This document shows, one piece after another, positions 1 through 7,667 of a DNA stretch of 36,640 nt (position 1 is the first letter of the stretch; each line of letters begins with the position of its first letter). The DNA is from a virus. Lineage: Duplodnaviria > Caudoviricetes. The stretch is taken from the IMG/VR virus record IMGVR_UViG_3300042324_002041, positions 1 to 36,640 of that record; one strand, written 5' to 3'. The notes below the pieces were generated by a model, which worked only from the letters and a program-made list of their open reading frames with translations, made no database searches and was not told where the DNA came from. The position numbers and the translations under genes were made by a program.

Positions 1-230
1 CCAGAACCCTCTCCAAATAGGCAACGTCTAGACGCATCAATCCCGAATTCATAACCATTCTCCTCTCCATCTCCTGATCCACTCCCATACCCTCTTGCAT
101 CACTATAGCCACTCTCATGACCTGATCCTGATCCTGTACCATGGCCGTATTCAATGCCTGACGAGTCCCCATTTCCAGATCCACAGATCAAATCAGGAGA
201 ATAGGTAAGATGAATAGAAAGTAAATTCAT
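1..230 (-). CDS. Gly/Ser-rich low-complexity phage protein (partial, runs off window start)
   Basis: ATG at 230-228; my translation reads MNLLSIHLTYSPDLICGSGNGDSSGIEYGHGTGSGSGHESGYSDARGYGSGSGDGEENGYEFG..., open to position 1; not in the ORF track. Confidence 0.7.
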   Translation of the reverse strand, partial: MNLLSIHLTYSPDLICGSGNGDSSGIEYGHGTGSGSGHESGYSDARGYGSGSGDGEENGYEFGIDASRRCLFGEGS

Positions 231-268
231 AAAATAAAAAAAGCGGAGCAGGGATATTCCTGCCCCGC
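231..268 (-). terminator. Intrinsic terminator downstream of 283..648
   Basis: Minus-strand hairpin GCGGGGCAGGAAUAUCCCUGCUCCGC followed by a U-tract. Confidence 0.8.
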
Positions 269-282
269 AATTTTTCGTATTA

Positions 283-648
283 CTACTCGACGAACTTAAT
301 ATAAGTAGCCTCTGCCTCAGGTGTAGTTGGGATGTATTCGATGGCATTAGTCAAGTAAACCTCGCCAGTTGCATTCAAACGGCCTCCTTTAATGCCGTCT
401 TTAGCTACAGCAGATAGACTTAGACCGCCGCCTTCCCACTTCCACAGTCGCAAAGCATTTTTTAGCTTCACTTCCATTGAATTGGTTGGGTTCACATATT
501 CCACATCACCGATATGGACACCAGCCGAGTATGTTCGGATGATACAGCGGCGGCCTAGCATTGGATGAGGAGGAGAAACAGAAGAGTTAAGCCCTGAAAA
601 CATAGAAGCTAACTGTTTGGCTTCGCCAATTGTCATATTGTCAATCAT
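283..648 (-). CDS. Conserved phage protein, DUF6948-like
   Basis: Motifs IIRTYSAGVHIG and RLWKWEGGGLSLSAVA; this family is usually found next to Gly-rich ORFs. Confidence 0.7.
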   Translation of the reverse strand: MIDNMTIGEAKQLASMFSGLNSSVSPPHPMLGRRCIIRTYSAGVHIGDVEYVNPTNSMEVKLKNALRLWKWEGGGLSLSAVAKDGIKGGRLNATGEVYLTNAIEYIPTTPEAEATYIKFVE

Positions 649-682
649 ATTATTTTATTGTTTTTGTTTTTTACTAAGAAAA

Positions 683-758
683 TGGTAGGCCATGATGGAA
701 TCGAACCATCGACACAAGGATTATGAGTCCTCTGCTCTAACCGCTGAGCTAATGGCCT
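683..758 (-). tRNA. tRNA anticodon CAU, probably Ile2 (lysidine) rather than Met
   Basis: 76-nt cloverleaf AGGCCATTAGCTCAGCGGTTAGAGCAGAGGA-CTCATAA-TCCTTGTGTCGATGGTTCGATTCCATCATGGCCTACCA; encoded CCA; C4-G69 and C5-G68 pairs as in TilS substrates. Confidence 0.9.
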
Positions 759-764
759 GTAAAT

Positions 765-840
765 TGGTAGGTACTGAGGAATTCGAATCCTCACTGGAAT
801 CATTTTAAGTGATTTGTCTCTGCCGTTGGACTAAGTACCC
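765..840 (-). tRNA. tRNA-Leu(UAA) with short variable loop
   Basis: 76-nt cloverleaf; anticodon arm AATCA-CTTAAAA-TGATT; 5-nt variable region CCAGT; T arm GAGGA-TTCGAAT-TCCTC; A73 and encoded CCA. Confidence 0.9.
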
Positions 841-856
841 ATTTATTGAGAAAGAT

Positions 857-931
857 TGGTGACCCCACCAAGAATCGAACTTGGATAATCTGATTAGAAG
901 TCAGATGCTCTATCCGTTGAGCTATGGGGCC
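857..931 (-). tRNA. tRNA-Arg(UCU)
   Basis: 75-nt cloverleaf; anticodon arm TCTGA-CTTCTAA-TCAGA; encoded CCA. Confidence 0.93.
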
Positions 932-949
932 TTTTGTCTTTCTTCTCTT

Positions 950-977
950 ACTCTAACACACTAAAATTGAATGTCAA
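950..977 (-). promoter_or_regulatory. Sigma70-type promoter for the tRNA cluster
   Basis: TTGACA (977-972), 16-bp spacer ending TGt, TAGAGT (955-950). Confidence 0.7.
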
Positions 978-1013
978 CACTTTTTTGAAGAATTTTTGTC
1001 TTTTCCCCACTTT

Positions 1014-1733
1014 TTAACCCTTTATCAACTCAGAAAGAGCAGAGGAAAGAGGTTTGATCTCTTCGATATTTAAACAAACACACTCGATTCCCTTGTAATT
1101 GGAGACATAAGAGTTGTGAAAATGACCATAATACCAATATTTAATCTTCTTTTTCTGTTTTTCGATTAAATTATCTACCCAATTTTTAATTAGAATTTGC
1201 TCTTCATTCAAATCAGATACCAAATCCTGATCTTCTTGAGAGAACCCTATGATCATTTGACTCAACAAAGGGAAAGATGTGACCTCAGAGAAAGAAGAAT
1301 GAGTAATTAGATAATCAATTTCCTCATTACATTCGACTGGTTTAAATCCTTCTCCTTCCCAATAGCTAATTTCATTGATTCTATCGTATCTGTCAATAGA
1401 TATTGCGCCGCCATTGAAAAGGATTTTTCTATTTTGCCATTCTGCTACAGTACCGTCTTTAACAAAAGTAATGCCGCCATACTCTCCGCCGTACCTCCGA
1501 CCATCAAAAAAGGATGGATCATCATGGTTTCCACGAACAACATAAACATTTTTATCATTATCGTTTAGTTCATCACCTAATAAAATAGTTTTCTGATGCA
1601 TTCCTTTAAAACCGATACCGTAGTCCCCTACATGTATCAAATTCGTGGTATTCCCGAGCTTAGCCCACCTTGAAATAGAGCTATTTACTCCATGGGTATC
1701 GCCAATAATATCAATATCGCCTATAATTTTCAT
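1014..1733 (-). CDS. Calcineurin-like metallophosphoesterase
   Basis: Motifs GDTHG, HVGDYG, RGNHD, THS, GHFH. Confidence 0.9.
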   Translation of the reverse strand: MKIIGDIDIIGDTHGVNSSISRWAKLGNTTNLIHVGDYGIGFKGMHQKTILLGDELNDNDKNVYVVRGNHDDPSFFDGRRYGGEYGGITFVKDGTVAEWQNRKILFNGGAISIDRYDRINEISYWEGEGFKPVECNEEIDYLITHSSFSEVTSFPLLSQMIIGFSQEDQDLVSDLNEEQILIKNWVDNLIEKQKKKIKYWYYGHFHNSYVSNYKGIECVCLNIEEIKPLSSALSELIKG

Positions 1734-1924
1734 TTAAATTTGATTTCGTTTGGTAATGACATCTCCAAATATTCTAAGTACTCTGCATTATCCTCTTCTT
1801 TACTCTTATCGTCAAAGTCTATTTTTACTATTTTCAAAGGTTTTGAGCTTAAAATTCTAGAAATTTGATCGTTTTCAAAGATGAGAGCCACATTTATAGG
1901 CCGATTTGATTCATTGTAGTTCAT
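1730..1924 (-). CDS. Hypothetical protein
   Basis: 64-aa ORF with ATGA overlap to the next gene. Confidence 0.6.
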   Translation of the reverse strand: MNYNESNRPINVALIFENDQISRILSSKPLKIVKIDFDDKSKEEDNAEYLEYLEMSLPNEIKFK

Positions 1925-2006
1925 TTTAATTCTGCTCCATTTATTTTTTTTATATTGTAATGGATATACTTATAAAAAGGCAGAATGTTATTAAAGATAT
2001 TTTAGA

Positions 2007-2798
2007 TCAATAATTTTGAGTACTTTTATTGAAAAGCCAATTCAAATCAATTTTGCTTCCATTTCTCTCCCACCAGCTTCGAACTATATCAGAGGAATCT
2101 TTTTGATGGTCTTTATTTTTAACTTCAATAAAATCTGGATAAAAAGAAGAATTTATATTGGTATTCTCAACAAATAAAGGAAAGGTATAAATATTTTCTT
2201 TATTGGAAGCATTATATATAACATTTTCCACATGAGGAATCACTTCTGGAAAAAATGGCAAATTTAAATCATAGCTATAATCTCCTCTAACATGAGAATC
2301 TATAATTATTTTAGCATATTCTCTTGAAATCAAATAACCACATGCAGACCAATTGTCCCAAACGTATGGGTGAAGTTTTATATAGTTTTCTAGATTTTCA
2401 TCTTTTATTTCCCGAATTAAAATTAATTGTATAGCAAACCAATTCTTAGGCAAATTTTGAATTACATAATTCCAGTTAAATGGCCAATATTCATTTAAAT
2501 TTAAAGATAAATCATCTTCACAGAAAAATCCGTATTCATCATCAGAATTAAAAAACCAATCCTTGATAGCTTTCACATGGGATATACTTACCAAAAGCTC
2601 CCGAGAATTCATCAAGTGAAGCCATGGGCTACTTACTTCTATATTTTCTCCTAGCTCACTTTTTAAATCTTCAGGGCCATAAATAAAATTATACTTTAAA
2701 TTATATTTTTCACATTGCTCCGCAAATAAAGAATGCCTTTCAGTTAGTTTTTTTACAGTTAAACAATTTATAGTAGGTAAATTAATTAAATTATTCAT
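2007..2798 (-). CDS. Glycosyltransferase, GT25-like
   Basis: SH..AIK, FCEDD, SACGYLISREYAK pattern typical of GT25. Confidence 0.75.
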   Translation of the reverse strand: MNNLINLPTINCLTVKKLTERHSLFAEQCEKYNLKYNFIYGPEDLKSELGENIEVSSPWLHLMNSRELLVSISHVKAIKDWFFNSDDEYGFFCEDDLSLNLNEYWPFNWNYVIQNLPKNWFAIQLILIREIKDENLENYIKLHPYVWDNWSACGYLISREYAKIIIDSHVRGDYSYDLNLPFFPEVIPHVENVIYNASNKENIYTFPLFVENTNINSSFYPDFIEVKNKDHQKDSSDIVRSWWERNGSKIDLNWLFNKSTQNY

Positions 2799-2815
2799 TT
2801 TTATTCAAGATTTTT

Positions 2816-3070
2816 TTATTTTTTACTATAAAGATGCTCTCTAATTTCGTTAATATAACGGCTTACAGACATTAAATTTTCGGACTGATCTCTTCTTTCT
2901 GAAAGAGCCTCCATCCAAGCTTCCTGCCCCTGAACATAATAATCTCTAGCATTAAAATCTATTTCTTCCCATTTTTTAGCAAAATTATTAAAAGCAGTAG
3001 ATAATTCATCATATTGCTTGATTAAACTATCTCTTCCTGTTCCATTAGAATGTATACTAGGTAATCTCAT
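2816..3070 (-). CDS. Hypothetical phage protein
   Basis: 84-aa ORF with its own promoter. Confidence 0.7.
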   Translation of the reverse strand: MRLPSIHSNGTGRDSLIKQYDELSTAFNNFAKKWEEIDFNARDYYVQGQEAWMEALSERRDQSENLMSVSRYINEIREHLYSKK

Positions 3071-3076
3071 ACTTTA

Positions 3077-3104
3077 ATAATATCACATTGATTTTAGTTG
3101 TCAA
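3077..3104 (-). promoter_or_regulatory. Sigma70-type promoter, probably leaderless
   Basis: TTGACA (3104-3099), 16 bp, TGa-TATTAT (3082-3077), then 6 nt to ATG 3070. Confidence 0.75.
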
Positions 3105-3119
3105 ACTTTTAATTACAAT

Positions 3120-3578
3120 TCAAAGCCAAGAAGGCTTTTCTCTTTTACTCCATTTGAACAAATGAGTTTTACCTACCCTGTAATAATCTTGATAGTCTGT
3201 TACTACGCACGCGGTTTTACATGCCTCAATAGCACCAAAGCAGCGAGGAGGATCAATAAATCCACTATCAGGCAGGTTAGGCAAATTATCAGCGAACCAA
3301 TCTGCAACATTTTGGCTTTTATGTTTTTTACCATATCTGTATGTATACTCGTTACACAAAGCGTAACAATAATCTAAAGTCCAAATAAAGTTGTCGAGGC
3401 TAGATCTAACCCAGACAGCCATGGGATGATTAGCATGAGTGTGTTTGTAAGGAGCGCCTCCCTTAGGATAAGCAGTCGCCATCATCTGGCAAGCTTCAAG
3501 GATGATTTTTACCACATGGCGGTCCACATGGTACTCTGCGCATTTTTTTGGCTCTAGATCAAGGAAGAAGATGTTCAC
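3120..3578 (-). CDS. Pyrimidine-dimer DNA glycosylase / endonuclease V-like protein
   Basis: MNIFFLD..P..CA.YH.D.HVVK.ILE..QM, YK.TH.NHP, EYTYRYGK.H motifs; GTG start. Confidence 0.8.
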   Translation of the reverse strand: MNIFFLDLEPKKCAEYHVDRHVVKIILEACQMMATAYPKGGAPYKHTHANHPMAVWVRSSLDNFIWTLDYCYALCNEYTYRYGKKHKSQNVADWFADNLPNLPDSGFIDPPRCFGAIEACKTACVVTDYQDYYRVGKTHLFKWSKREKPSWL

Positions 3579-3584
3579 TCTTTG

Positions 3585-3612
3585 AGTATATAGATTTTTG
3601 AATTTTGGTCAA
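3585..3612 (-). promoter_or_regulatory. Sigma70-type promoter, probably leaderless
   Basis: TTGACC (3612-3607), 16 bp, TATACT (3590-3585), 6 nt to GTG 3578. Confidence 0.75.
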
Positions 3613-3623
3613 ATATTTTTTAC

Positions 3624-3659
3624 AAAAAAAATCCTTACCTGCATTTTTTACAAGTAAGG
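3624..3659 (-). terminator. Intrinsic terminator, probably for the tmRNA transcript
   Basis: Minus-strand CCUUACUUGUA-AAAAA-UGCAGGUAAGG; the G-U pairs work only on the minus strand; followed by AU8. Confidence 0.7.
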
Positions 3660-3675
3660 CAGTGTATAAATTTAT

Positions 3676-4272
3676 ATGGCAATAATATCCGATAGTATTG
3701 GCAAAAAAATCAATTCTTTGTTAATACTTGAAAGAATAGGGAAAAGAAAAGTAAAATGTCAATGTGAATGTGGAAATATAAAAGAAATAGATTTTTATGA
3801 CATTAAAAGAAATTTTACAAAATCTTGCGGATGTCAAGCTAATTCCTTAGAGAATAGAGAGAAATCAAGGATAAGAGTGAAAAAAATGAGGGATGAGGGT
3901 ATTTTCAAAACAGGAGGAGACTATATTACAGATGCTATGACGCCATTTAGATATACATGGAAGTGTATAAATAATAAATTTTCGAAACGTAAGACTGTTG
4001 ATATTTCTATAGAAGATTTATCAACTATTTGGCATAAACAAAATGGAATATGCCCATATTCCAAAATTAAGCTAATTTTGCCAACACATACAAATTTAAA
4101 AGAGTTTAAATCTTATATGTATGCTTCTTTAGACAGAATCGACTCTAACGAAGGTTATACAATTAACAACTGCCAGTTTATTTCCAGATCTTTAAATTAT
4201 GCCAAGAATTCAATGAGTCATAATGAATTCGAAGATTTTTTGATTATTTTAAGGAATGGCGGAAAAAATTAA
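3676..4272 (+). CDS. HNH-type homing endonuclease
   Basis: N-terminal KCQCECGN..KSCGC; C-terminal CPYS..ASLDRIDSNEGYT..N.Q...N.AKN; only supported plus-strand gene. Confidence 0.8.
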   Translation: MAIISDSIGKKINSLLILERIGKRKVKCQCECGNIKEIDFYDIKRNFTKSCGCQANSLENREKSRIRVKKMRDEGIFKTGGDYITDAMTPFRYTWKCINNKFSKRKTVDISIEDLSTIWHKQNGICPYSKIKLILPTHTNLKEFKSYMYASLDRIDSNEGYTINNCQFISRSLNYAKNSMSHNEFEDFLIILRNGGKN

Positions 4273-4309
4273 TAGCTTTTTTACACAGAAAGCTAAAAAA
4301 CTGTCAAAA

Positions 4310-4710
4310 GGTGGACCTAGTGGGTAATGCTCCCACGTCTTTAATTCCTCCTCACCGATTAGTTACATGTTTTTCTTTTTTTTTGATAAAAGACAATCTA
4401 TTTTCTTTTAGTGTGAAACAACACCTATTTTGAAAAAATAGTAAACAAACTTATTTTTCTTAAATAAGCAAACTGGCTATTTTCTGTTTAAAGGAATAAC
4501 TTCCCACCCTGCTAGACAGATGCCATTTCTGGATTGTACTTTGCAAGAACCTCGTCTGCTGAATTGAAGATAACTTCTGCTTCGGCAATCAAGGCGTCGA
4601 ACTCATTGGTTTCGGCGTTTATTTTGTTTTTCCCGTTTTTTAAAGTGGCCAACGAGAATCCACTACATGCTAACCAGTAATTTGAAATTAAATCGAATCT
4701 ATTTAGGCCC
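4310..4710 (-). ncRNA. ssrA: Phage-encoded tmRNA
   Basis: 5' GGGCCTA pairs with 3' TAGGTCC-A-CC, with a G3-U alanine determinant; GATTCGA near the 5' end; GCATGT/ACATGT helix; pseudoknot 1 AGTGG/CCACT plus TTCTCGTT/AACGGGAA; resume context ATAAAC-GCC; T arm GTGGG/CCCAC. Confidence 0.9.
4512..4616 (-). other. tmRNA tag reading frame AETNEFDALIAEAEVIFNSADEVLAKYNPEMASV (34 aa)
   Basis: GCC resume codon directly after pseudoknot 1 and AAAUAAAC; ends at TAG 4514-4512. Confidence 0.75.
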
Positions 4711-4735
4711 AAAAAATTCAAAAAATAGTTTAAAA

Positions 4736-5020
4736 TTAGATATTAAATCCGAAATAGATGGGATTACCTTCTACAGGCAAGTACAAATCATCTATTTGCT
4801 CGCCCTTTGTCTCTTGCATTTTTGTCAAATCATAAAGAGTTTCAGAGACTGGATCGCTCTCTTCCTTCAATCTCAGAGATTTTGCATCGTAATAATCATC
4901 AGAAGATGAAAGGAACAACTCAATTTGATATCCGATGTCTGAGACCTGATCTAGCCTACTCGGTAAGAATTTTTTTACAAGTGGCAAGTAACGAGTTTCA
5001 ATTTCTTCAATAACTTTCAT
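4736..5020 (-). CDS. Hypothetical protein
   Basis: 94-aa ORF in the tightly packed minus-strand run. Confidence 0.65.
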   Translation of the reverse strand: MKVIEEIETRYLPLVKKFLPSRLDQVSDIGYQIELFLSSSDDYYDAKSLRLKEESDPVSETLYDLTKMQETKGEQIDDLYLPVEGNPIYFGFNI

Positions 5021-5025
5021 TTTAT

Positions 5026-5478
5026 TTAATCTTTTTTACAAATAATAAGTCTAATGTCTGCTTCTTCAAACAATTCTGACAGCATAGAGAATACAATTTT
5101 CCAACTACCGCCATTAAATTTACAATTAAGTCCGTAAGGAATCGCTATGCGATAATTAGGTTTCAAATAAATTTTGAGCTCTTCTAGGCAAGAATACAAA
5201 GCTTCATAATTAATCCTTCGACCAAAAGAGATAGATCTCTCAAATGATAAATTAAAAATTTGTCCATTTTTTGTGTCTAAATAATTTGTATACCCCAATC
5301 CAGCTCCTCTATTAGTTCCGTCTTTGAAATAATCAAGAACTTCAGGGAACTCACTAACAATTCTTTTAGCATAACTGGAATTACATTCCCATTCCGAATT
5401 TACTAAGTTGACTATCCCATCTAAACTTTTCTCTTTAAAAAGTTCTATAATATCTGTTTTTTCTAAAATCTCGATCAT
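5026..5478 (-). CDS. Macro domain (ADP-ribose processing)-like protein
   Basis: IVNLVN, IFNL, INYEAL..CL, IAIPYGLNC..NGGSW..V pattern of Poa1p/TARG-like macro domains; the Gly-rich loop is degenerate. Confidence 0.65.
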   Translation of the reverse strand: MIEILEKTDIIELFKEKSLDGIVNLVNSEWECNSSYAKRIVSEFPEVLDYFKDGTNRGAGLGYTNYLDTKNGQIFNLSFERSISFGRRINYEALYSCLEELKIYLKPNYRIAIPYGLNCKFNGGSWKIVFSMLSELFEEADIRLIICKKD

Positions 5479-5684
5479 TTTGAGTTAAGGTTTACATTAA
5501 AGTTTGATTTTACTTGATAGATTCTAGATTGCCTTCCTGCCCCTTTGTTAAGCTGTTTTGAGATTTGGTTAGCGAACCCAGTTTTCTCCATTACCTTTAC
5601 GAGCAGATAGAACTCTTGGAGAGTTAAATCTATACTTTCTAAAGATAATTGTTTATGGAGTTCTTTAATTGTTCCAGTATGCAT
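5475..5684 (-). CDS. Small hypothetical protein, possible winged-helix DNA binder
   Basis: 69 aa with a C-terminal GAGRQSRIYQV wing-like motif. Confidence 0.55.
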   Translation of the reverse strand: MHTGTIKELHKQLSLESIDLTLQEFYLLVKVMEKTGFANQISKQLNKGAGRQSRIYQVKSNFNVNLNSK

Positions 5685-5853
5685 TTGTTGCCCTCTATTT
5701 TGATTTTAGAAAAATTATTAAAGCTATAGTAATATCGCTTTACCCTTAGCATATTAAAAATTGTTATATAAAAGATTTTTTTAAAGAAATTGTCTTACAA
5801 AATTAACTACTCGAAAAACAAACATTTTGCAAGTATATTTTATATTATCTATC

Positions 5854-5909
5854 TCTATTCAAAACATTTTGTCTATTCAAAATAAAATAGTAAAATATTC
5901 TCTATTCAA
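5854..5909. repeat. Three direct repeats TCTATTCAA
   Basis: Copies at 5854-5862, 5872-5880 and 5901-5909 in a 240-bp intergenic gap. Confidence 0.6.
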
Positions 5910-5922
5910 GGATAGTTTCATT

Positions 5923-6261
5923 TTAATACTCGGAATGAACCCCGTAACCAACCCACTTAATAGGATCATAGGTATAAGTGAAATCATCAGCTAGAGGGGT
6001 ATGGAATCCATGGAACTCTGATCTAGAAGAAATATGATTTAAAAATTCCCTGAATTCTGGTTCAATTTTTTTAGGGACCGACAAACCGCTAGTGCCATTC
6101 AAAGCCCTATCTAAAGCAATAGTGGCTCCAATCTTTTTAGTAGGGTTATCCCCATTCATGACTACAGAGAAACCTACATTAACAATTCCTTTGCTTTCAT
6201 CTTTGACAGCAACAATTGTCCCAATTATTTTTTTATTTCGACGGATATGTTGGATTTTCAT
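5923..6261 (-). CDS. Hypothetical phage protein
   Basis: ATG at 6261 (MKIQHIRR) preferred over the TTG at 6300; VGFSV...D...KKIG..IAL.RA motif. Confidence 0.65.
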   Translation of the reverse strand: MKIQHIRRNKKIIGTIVAVKDESKGIVNVGFSVVMNGDNPTKKIGATIALDRALNGTSGLSVPKKIEPEFREFLNHISSRSEFHGFHTPLADDFTYTYDPIKWVGYGVHSEY

Positions 6262-6271
6262 TATTTTATTT

Positions 6272-6520
6272 TTAAGAAACCATTTGTTTAATAATTTCAA
6301 TTAGAGAATTTCGATCTACGATCTTTTCAGGAACTTCTGAAGGAGAACATGGCTGAGAAGAATGATCAGTGTATACAAAAAATTTAGAATGGTCTTTTTT
6401 ATTTTCAAAAGTTACCTTCTCAACAGAGAAAATATTATGCTTATTTTTATATGTTCGCATTTCTACTGTCTCTAATAACTCTAATGTTGATAAAGATTCG
6501 TTGATAGGTAATTGCTGCAT
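6272..6520 (-). CDS. Hypothetical protein
   Basis: 82-aa ORF; TTGACA at 6553-6548 upstream. Confidence 0.6.
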   Translation of the reverse strand: MQQLPINESLSTLELLETVEMRTYKNKHNIFSVEKVTFENKKDHSKFFVYTDHSSQPCSPSEVPEKIVDRNSLIEIIKQMVS

Positions 6521-6562
6521 TGCATTATATAATATAAAAATTTATGTTGTCAATATTTTTTA

Positions 6563-6982
6563 TCAGAATTGTATAGATTTTCTTATACGGCTCATTTGAG
6601 ATAAAACGACCTCTTCAGGCACATTATGAACATTTATTGTATTGAACACTCTTTCCGAAAGAATTACATGAGACCTATAACCATATTTAACAGCATTACT
6701 CAAATAATAATGGTAATCTAATTTAGAACTATTAACATTAGAGCATATGACCAAAGGAGCACTATTAGAAATTGCATGTAAAAATTTCTCTCTACATAAT
6801 TTATGAGCCTCAACAATTTCTATTTCACAAGCATTATCTTTACTGGGCTTTCCAAAAAATTCGTCAGCTTCACAAATAATACAATTAGAACTTAAAGAGG
6901 CTAAACTTTCAGCAAGGAAACTTTTCCCAGATCCCGCAGCCCCTCTAATTAAAATAAAAATTTTATCCTGTTTTTTCTCCAT
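6563..6982 (-). CDS. P-loop kinase, AAA_33 / polynucleotide kinase-like
   Basis: Walker A GAAGSGKS, ADEFF, AH..C, N.HNVP. Confidence 0.8.
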   Translation of the reverse strand: MEKKQDKIFILIRGAAGSGKSFLAESLASLSSNCIICEADEFFGKPSKDNACEIEIVEAHKLCREKFLHAISNSAPLVICSNVNSSKLDYHYYLSNAVKYGYRSHVILSERVFNTINVHNVPEEVVLSQMSRIRKSIQF

Positions 6983-7253
6983 TTAAATAAAAAATAACCC
7001 TTCCATCTGCATACTCCTTAGCTGGGCCATCTTCTCTGTGCAATTTATTTTTTACATACCACATTTTATCTCCATTAGCGAATTCAGCAGCGGGACCATC
7101 TTCTCTATGTATAGAGCCCTCAATATACCAGAATTTGCCGCCATTAGCGTATTCTATAGCTGGGCCATCATCCCTATGCAAAAAATACATAAATTTATCA
7201 CAATAGTAAAATGTATTCCCTTCACTATCTATTTTTATATAACGCTCCCTCAT
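6963..7253 (-). CDS. HREDGPA-repeat protein
   Basis: Three ~23-aa repeats (L/I)HR(D/E)DGPA.E(Y/F)A(N/D)G; ATG 7253 preferred over GTG 7274. Confidence 0.8.
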   Translation of the reverse strand: MRERYIKIDSEGNTFYYCDKFMYFLHRDDGPAIEYANGGKFWYIEGSIHREDGPAAEFANGDKMWYVKNKLHREDGPAKEYADGRVIFYLNGEKTG

Positions 7254-7254
7254 T

Positions 7255-7479
7255 TTAGAACTTTTTATACTCACTATCCTCCACCTGTTTCATCTCTAGA
7301 ATTTTCAATACTTGAATAGGCAATGTTGCTTTCCTCATTAAGCTATGAGCGCAGGTTGCCCTATAAGCTTTCCAAACAATTTTCCCTGAGCACTCTTGGG
7401 TCTTCACATGCCAATTTTTCATCTCTCTAGGTTTTTGAGGATTTTTCCTGACAGCTTTTGGTTTGTTTAGATTTTCCAT
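7255..7479 (-). CDS. Hypothetical basic protein
   Basis: 74-aa ORF in the operon. Confidence 0.55.
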   Translation of the reverse strand: MENLNKPKAVRKNPQKPREMKNWHVKTQECSGKIVWKAYRATCAHSLMRKATLPIQVLKILEMKQVEDSEYKKF

Positions 7480-7499
7480 TTTATTTTTTATAATTAATT

Positions 7500-7667
7500 T
7501 TAATGCTTTGTCAAAAGAATGAGAAGGTGCTGCATCATCATTTCCGCACTATAATCTCCTTTTGTAATGATCGAAGCGATTTCTTCGGCACTATATGGTT
7601 TGCGGATATGTCCAGCTACAGATTGCGCCACTTCGTGTAATAAATCAAAATTTTTTAGATTTTCCAT
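7500..7667 (-). CDS. Small hypothetical protein (55 aa), absent from the ORF track
   Basis: My translation MENLKNFDLLHEVAQSVAGHIRKPYSAEEIASIITKGDYSAEMMMQHLLILLTKH*; fills the gap between neighbouring genes. Confidence 0.6.
   Translation of the reverse strand: MENLKNFDLLHEVAQSVAGHIRKPYSAEEIASIITKGDYSAEMMMQHLLILLTKH

Noticed and set aside
765-931. Suppressor tRNAs and stop-codon recoding (TTA or CTA in anticodon loops)
   Set aside because: The 7-nt loops are CT-TAA-AA and CT-TCT-AA, giving Leu and Arg; conserved genes are intact in the standard code and all three stop codons are used
4280-4307. TTGACA at 4307-4302 as a promoter
   Set aside because: No acceptable -10 box at 16-17 bp spacing
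4512-4721. 69-aa minus-strand ORF as a protein gene
   Set aside because: It lies over the tmRNA 5' half; only its last 34 codons make sense, as the tag reading frame
6524-6553. Additional 16-bp-spacer leaderless promoter before 6272..6520
   Set aside because: TTGACA is present, but the best -10 (TATAAT) is at 18 bp and only 3 nt from the ATG, so it was not counted in the set
6963-7253. Diversity-generating retroelement repeat pair in the HREDGPA gene
   Set aside because: The repeats are in-frame protein repeats, and no reverse transcriptase is present in the window
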